Assembly (NCBI GenBank): GCA_032718475.1
Contig: JAUCBJ010009143.1
Coordinates: 62,001 to 126,000 of the forward strand
Source of the DNA: Nemertoderma westbladi
Taxonomy: Eukaryota > Animalia > Xenacoelomorpha
Reading direction: 5' to 3'
Length of the DNA stretch: 64,000 bases
Shown here: one piece after another, positions 58,201-64,000 of the stretch
How positions within the stretch are numbered: the first letter of the stretch is position 1
How the letters are laid out: each line of letters starts with the position of its first letter
The notes under the pieces: generated by a model
Told to the model about the DNA's origin: nothing
What the model saw: the letters and a program-made list of their open reading frames with translations, nothing else
Database searches by the model: none
Position numbers and translations under genes: made by a program

Positions 58201-61200
58201 ATCTTCTACTTCCGCTCACTCTAAAGCCTCAGCAACTGGGCCACCAGCTCTAACGATTAATCCACCTTCTACTTCCGCACACTCGAAGCCTCAGCAACTG
58301 GGCCACCAGCTCTCCCGATTAATCCACCTTCTACTTCCGCACACTCGAAGCCTCGGCAACTGGGCCACCAGCTCTCCCGATTAATCCACCTTCTACTTCC
58401 GCACACTCGAAGCCTCAGCAACTGGGCCACCAGCTCTCCCGATTAATTCACCTTCTACTTCCGCACACTCGAAGCCTCATCAACTGGGCCAGCAGCTCTC
58501 CCGATTATTCAACCTTCTACTTCCGCACACTCGAAGCCTCATCAACTGGGCCAGCAGCTCTCCCGATTAATTCCACCTTCTACTTCCACACACTCGATGC
58601 CTCATCAACTGGGCCAGCAGCTCTCCCGATTAATCCACCTTCTACTTCCGCACACTCGAAGCCTCAGCAACTGGGCCAGCAGCTCTCCCGATTAATCCAC
58701 CTTCTACTTCCACACACTCGATGCCTCATCAACTGGGCCAGCAGCTCTCCAAATTAATTTACCTTCTACTTCCGCACACTCGATGCCTCATCAACTGGGC
58801 CAGCAGCTCTCCCGATTAATTCACCTTCTACTTCCGCACACTCGAAGCCTCAGCATCTGGGCCAGCAGCTCTCCAGATTAATTTACCTTCTACTTCCGCA
58901 CACTCGAAGCCTCAGCAACTGGGCCACCAGCTCTCCCGATTAATCCACCTTCTACTTCCGCTCACTCGAAAGCCTCAGCAACTGGGCCAGCAGCTCTCCC
59001 GATTAATCCACCTTCTACTTCCGCACACTCGAAAGCCTCAGCAACTGGGCCAGCAGCTCTCCCGATTAATTCCACCTTCTACTTCCGCACACTCGAAGCC
59101 TCATCAACTGGGCCAGCAGCTCTCCAGATTAATTTACCTTCTTCTTCCGCTCACTCGAAAGCCTCAGCAACTGGGCCAGCAGCTCTCCCGATTAATTCAC
59201 CTTCTACTTCCGCACACTCGAAAGCCTCAGCAACTGGGCCAGCAGCTCTCCCGATTAATCCACCTTCTACTTCCGCACACTCGAAGCCTCAGCAACTGGG
59301 CCAGCAGCTCTCCCGATTAATCCACCTTCTACTTCCGCACACTCGAAGCCTCAGCAACTGGGCCAGCAGCTCTCCAGATTAATTTACCTTCTTCTTCCGC
59401 ACACTCGAAGCCTCAGCAACTGGGCCAGCAGCTCTCCCGATTAATCCACCTTCTACTTCCGCACACTCGAAGCCTCAGCAACTGGGCCAGCAGCTCTCCC
59501 GATTAATCCACCTTCTACTTCCGCACACTCGAAGCCTCAGCAACTGGGCCAGCAGCTCTCCCGATTAATCTACCTTCTACTTCCGCACACTCGAAGCCTC
59601 AGCAACTGGGCCAGCAGCTCTCCCGATTAATCCACCTTCTACTTCCGCACACTCGAAGCCTCACCAACTGGGCCAGCAGCTCTCCCGATTAATCCACCTT
59701 CTACTTCCGCACACTCGAAGCCTCAGCAACTGGGCCAGCAGCTCTCCCGATTAATCCACCTTCTACTTCCGCACACTCGAAGCCTCAGCAACTGGGCCAG
59801 CAGCTCTCCCGATTAATCCACCTTCTACTTCCGCACACTCGAAGCCTCAGCAACTGGGCCAGCAGCTCTCCAGATTAATTTACCTTCTACTTCCGCACAC
59901 TCGAAGCCTCAGCAACTGGGCCTCCAGCTCTCCCGATTAATCCACCTTCTACTTCCGCACACTCGAAGCCTCAGCAACTGGGCCACCAGCTCTCCCGATT
60001 AATCCACCTTCTACTTCCACACACTTGAAGCCTCGGCAACTGGGCCTCCAGCTCTCCCGATTAATCCAACTTCTACTTCCGCTCACTTGAAAGCCTCAGC
60101 AACTAGGCCACCAGCTCTCCCTATTAATCCACCTTCTACTTCCGCACACTCGAAGCCTCAGCAACTGGGCCAGCAGCTCTCCCGATTAATCCAGCTTCTA
60201 CTTCCGCACACTCGAAGCCTCAGCAACTGGGCCACCAGCTCTCCCGATTATTCCACCTTCTACTTCCGCTCACTCGAAAGCCTCAGCAACTGGGCCACCA
60301 GCTCTAACGATTAATCCACCTTCTACTTCCGCACACTCGAAGCCTCAGCAACTGGGCCACCAGCTCTCCCGATTAATCCACCTTCTCCTTCCGCACACTT
60401 GAAGCCTCGGCAACTGGGCCACCAGCTCTCCCGATTAATCCACCTTCTACTTCCGCACACTCGAAAGCCTCAGCAACTGGGCCACCAGCTCTCCCGATTA
60501 ATCCACCTTCTACTTCCGCACACTCGAAGCCTCATCAACTGGGCCAGCAGCTCTCCCGATTAATTCAACCTTCTACTTCCGCACACTCGAAGCCTCAGCA
60601 ACTGGGCCAGCAGCTCTCCCGATTAATCCACCTTCTACTTCCGCACACTCGAAGCCTCAGCAACTGGGCCAGCAGCTCTCCCGATTAATCCACCTTCTAC
60701 TTCCGCACACTCGAAGCCTCAGCAACTGGGCCACCAGCTCTCCCGATTAATCCACCTTCTACTTCCGCACACTCGAAGCCTCAGCAACTGGGCCAGCAGC
60801 TCTCCAAGATTAATTTACCTTCTACTTCCGCACACTCGAAGCCTCAGCAACTGGGCCAGCAGCTCTCCCGATTAATCCACCTTCTACTTCCGCACACTCG
60901 AAGCCTCAGCAACTGGGCCAGCAGCTCTCCCGATTAATCCACCTTCTACTTCCGCACACTCGAAGCCTCAGCAACTGGGCCAGCAGCTCTCCCGATTAAT
61001 CCACCTTCTACTTCCGCACACTCGAAGCCTCAGCAACTGGGCCACCAGCTCTCCCGATTAATCCACCTTCTACTTCCGCACACTCGAAGCCTCAGCAACT
61101 GGGCCACCAGCTCTCCCGATTAATCCACCTTCTACTTCCGCACACTCGAAGCCTCAGCAACTGGGCCAGCAGCTCTCCCGATTAATCCACCTTCTACTTC

Positions 61201-64000
61201 CGCACACTCGAAGCCTCAGCAACTGGGCCAGCAGCTCTCCCGATTAATCCACCTTCTACTTCCGCACACTCGAAGCCTCAGCAACTGGGCCAGCAGCTCT
61301 CCAGATTAATTTACCTTCTACTTCCGCACACTCGAAGCCTCAGCAACTGGGCCACCAGCTCTCCCGATTAATCCACCTTCTACTTCCGCACACTCGAAGC
61401 CTCAGCAACTGGGCCACCAGCTCTCCCGATTAATCCACCTTCTACTTCCGCACACTCGAAGCCTCAGCAACTGGGCCAGCAGCTCTCCCGATTAATCCAC
61501 CTTCTACTTCCGCACACTCGAAGCCTCAGCAACTGGGCCACCAGCTCTCCCGATTAATCCACCTTCTACTTCCGCACACTCGAAGCCTCAGCAACTGGGC
61601 CACCAGCTCTCCCGATTAATCCACCTTCTACTTCCGCACACTCGAAGCCTCAGCAACTGGGCCACCAGCTCTCCCGATTAATCCACCTTCTACTTCCGCA
61701 CACTCGAAGCCTCAGCAACTGGGCCACCAGCTCTCCCGATTAATCCACCTTCTACTTCCGCACACTCGAAGCCTCAGCAACTGGGCCACCAGCTCTCCCG
61801 ATTAATCCACCTTCTACTTCCGCACACTGAAGCCTCAGCAACTGGGCCACCAGCTCTCCCGATTAATCCACCTTCTACTTCCGCACACTCGAAGCCTCAT
61901 CAACTGGGCCAGCAGCTCTCCCGATTATTCCACCTTCTACTTCCGCACACTCGAAGCCTCATCAACTGGGCCAGCAGCTCTCCAAGTTAATTTACCTTCT
62001 ACTTCCACACACTCGATGCCTCATCAACTGGGCCAGCAGCTCTCCAAATTAATATACCTTCTACTTCCGCACACTCGAAGCCTCTGCAACTGTGCCAGCA
62101 TCTCTCCAAATTAATTTACCTTCTACTTCCGCACGCTCAAAGCCTCATCAACTGGGCCAGCAGCTCTCCAAGTTAATTTACCTTCTACTTCCACACACTC
62201 GATGCCTCATCAACTGGGCCAGCAGCTCTCCAAATTAATTTACCTTCTACTTCCGCACGCTCAAAGCCTCATCAACTGGGCCAGCAGCTCTCCCGATTAT
62301 TCAACCTTCTACTTCCGCACACTCGAAGCCTCATCAACTGGGCCAGCAGCTCTCCAAGTTAATTTACCTTCTACTTCCACTCACTCGTAAGCCTCAGCAA
62401 CTGGGCCAGCAGCTCTCCAAATTAATTTACCTTCTACTTCCGCACGCTCGAAGCCTCATCAACTGGGCCAACAGCTCTCCAAGTTAATTTACCTTCTACT
62501 TCCACACACTCGATGCCTCATCAACTGGGCCAGCAGCTCTCCAAATTAATTTACCTTCTACTTCCGCACGCTCGAAGCCTCATCAACTGGGCCAGCAGCT
62601 CTCCCGATTATTCAACCTTCTACTTCCGCACACTCGAAGCCTCATCAACTGGGCCAGCAGCTCTCCAAGTTAATTTACCTTCTACTTCCACTCACTCGTA
62701 AGCCTCAGCAACTGGGCCAGCAGCTCTCCAAATTAATGTACCTTCTACTTCCACACACTCGATGGCTCATCAACTGGGCCAGCAGCTCTCCAAATTAATT
62801 TACCTTCTACTTCCGCACAGTCGATGCCTCATCAACTGGGCCACCAGCTCTCCCGATTATTCCACCTTCTACTTCCGCACACTCGAAGCCTCGGCAACTG
62901 GGCCACCACCTCCCCCGATTAATCCACCTTCAACTTCTGCACATTGGAAGCCCGGCAACTGGGCCATCAGCTCTCCCGATTAATCTACCTTCTACTTCCG
63001 CACGCTCGAAGCCTCATCAACTGGGCCAGCAGCTCTCCCGATTATTCAACCTTCTACTTCCGCACACTCGAAGCCTCATCAACTGGGCCAGCAGCTCTCC
63101 AAATTAATTTACCTTCTACTTCCGCACACTCGAAGCCTCTACAACTGGGCCAGCAGCTCTCCCAATTATTCAACCTTCTACTTCCGCACACTCGAAGCCT
63201 CATCAACTGGGCCAGCAGCTCTCCAAGTTAATTTACCTTCTACTTCCACACACTCGATGCCTCATCAACTGGGCCAGCAGCTCTCCAAATTAATTTACCT
63301 TCTACTTCCGCACACTCGATGCCTCATCAACTGGGCCAGCAGCTCTCCCGATTAATTCACCTTCTACTTCCGCACACTCGAAGCCTCAGCATCTGGGCCA
63401 GCAGCTCTCCAGATTAATTTACCTTCTACTTCCGCACACTCGAAGCCTCAGCAACTGGGCCACCAGCTCTCCCGATTAATCCACCTTCTACTTCCGCACA
63501 CTCAAAGCCTCAGCAACTGGGCCAGCAGCTCTCCCGATTAATCCACCTTCTACTTCCGCTCACTCGAAAGCCTCAGCAACTGGGCCACCAGCTCTCCCGA
63601 TTAATCCACCTTCTACTTCCGCACACTCGAAGCCTCAGCAACTGGGCCAGCAGCTCTCCAGATTAATTTACCTTCTTCTTCCACTCACTCGAAAGCCTCA
63701 GCAACTGGGCCAGCAGCTCTCCCGATTAATCCACCTTCTACTTCCGCACACTCGAAAGCCTCAGCAACTGGGCCAGCAGCTCTCCCGATTAATCCACCTT
63801 CTACTTACGCACACTCGAAGCCTCAGCAACTGGGCCAGCAGTTCTCCCGATTATTCCACCTTCTACTTCCGCACACTCAAAGCCTCATCAACTGGGCCAG
63901 CAGCTCTCCAGATTAATTTACCTTCTTCTTCCGCTCACTCGAAAGCCTCAGCAACTGGGCCAGCAGCTCTCCCGATTAATTTACCTTCTACTTCCGCACA
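46271..64000. repeat. 62/63-bp satellite array (about 285 units, continues beyond the window) with higher-order repeats
   Basis: Consensus cacactcgaagcctcagcaactgggccagcagctctcccgattaatccaccttctacttccg; recurring variant blocks. Confidence 0.98.

Noticed and set aside
46271-64000. Many short ORFs (MPHQLGQQLS..., MKASAT...) in the satellite
   Set aside because: Products of a 62-bp unit cycling through frames with frequent TAA stops; no coding evidence.

Overview
Eukaryotic (probably invertebrate animal; inferred only from the transposon content) heterochromatin-like window with no recognisable host gene. Bases 1-46270 are a nest of retroelements. (A) A disrupted BEL/Pao LTR retrotransposon on the minus strand (about 1-24541) carries a 5'-truncated CR1/L2-like LINE (4209-9698) inside its ORF. 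(B) A young, intact BEL/Pao element sits in A's leader (15390-22521; near-identical LTRs, CTAAT target duplication, tRNA-Lys-type PBS). Next come a second LINE fragment and an inverted partial copy of A (A') fused to an orphan ORF and embedded in a 48-bp tandem repeat. (C) A third BEL/Pao element has an intact 2688-aa ORF, an apparently about 4.2-kb 3' LTR and a 5' LTR truncated by satellite. Bases 46271-64000 are a 62/63-bp satellite with higher-order structure. The most interesting signal is in element C. It has no tRNA-type PBS; instead, the 12 nt next to its 5' LTR are perfectly complementary to a site inside its own LTR, suggesting tRNA-independent (self) priming or RNA circularisation in a BEL/Pao element. 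C also has a duplicated, foldable about 110-nt leader module. All coordinates were read by eye; no database searches were run.
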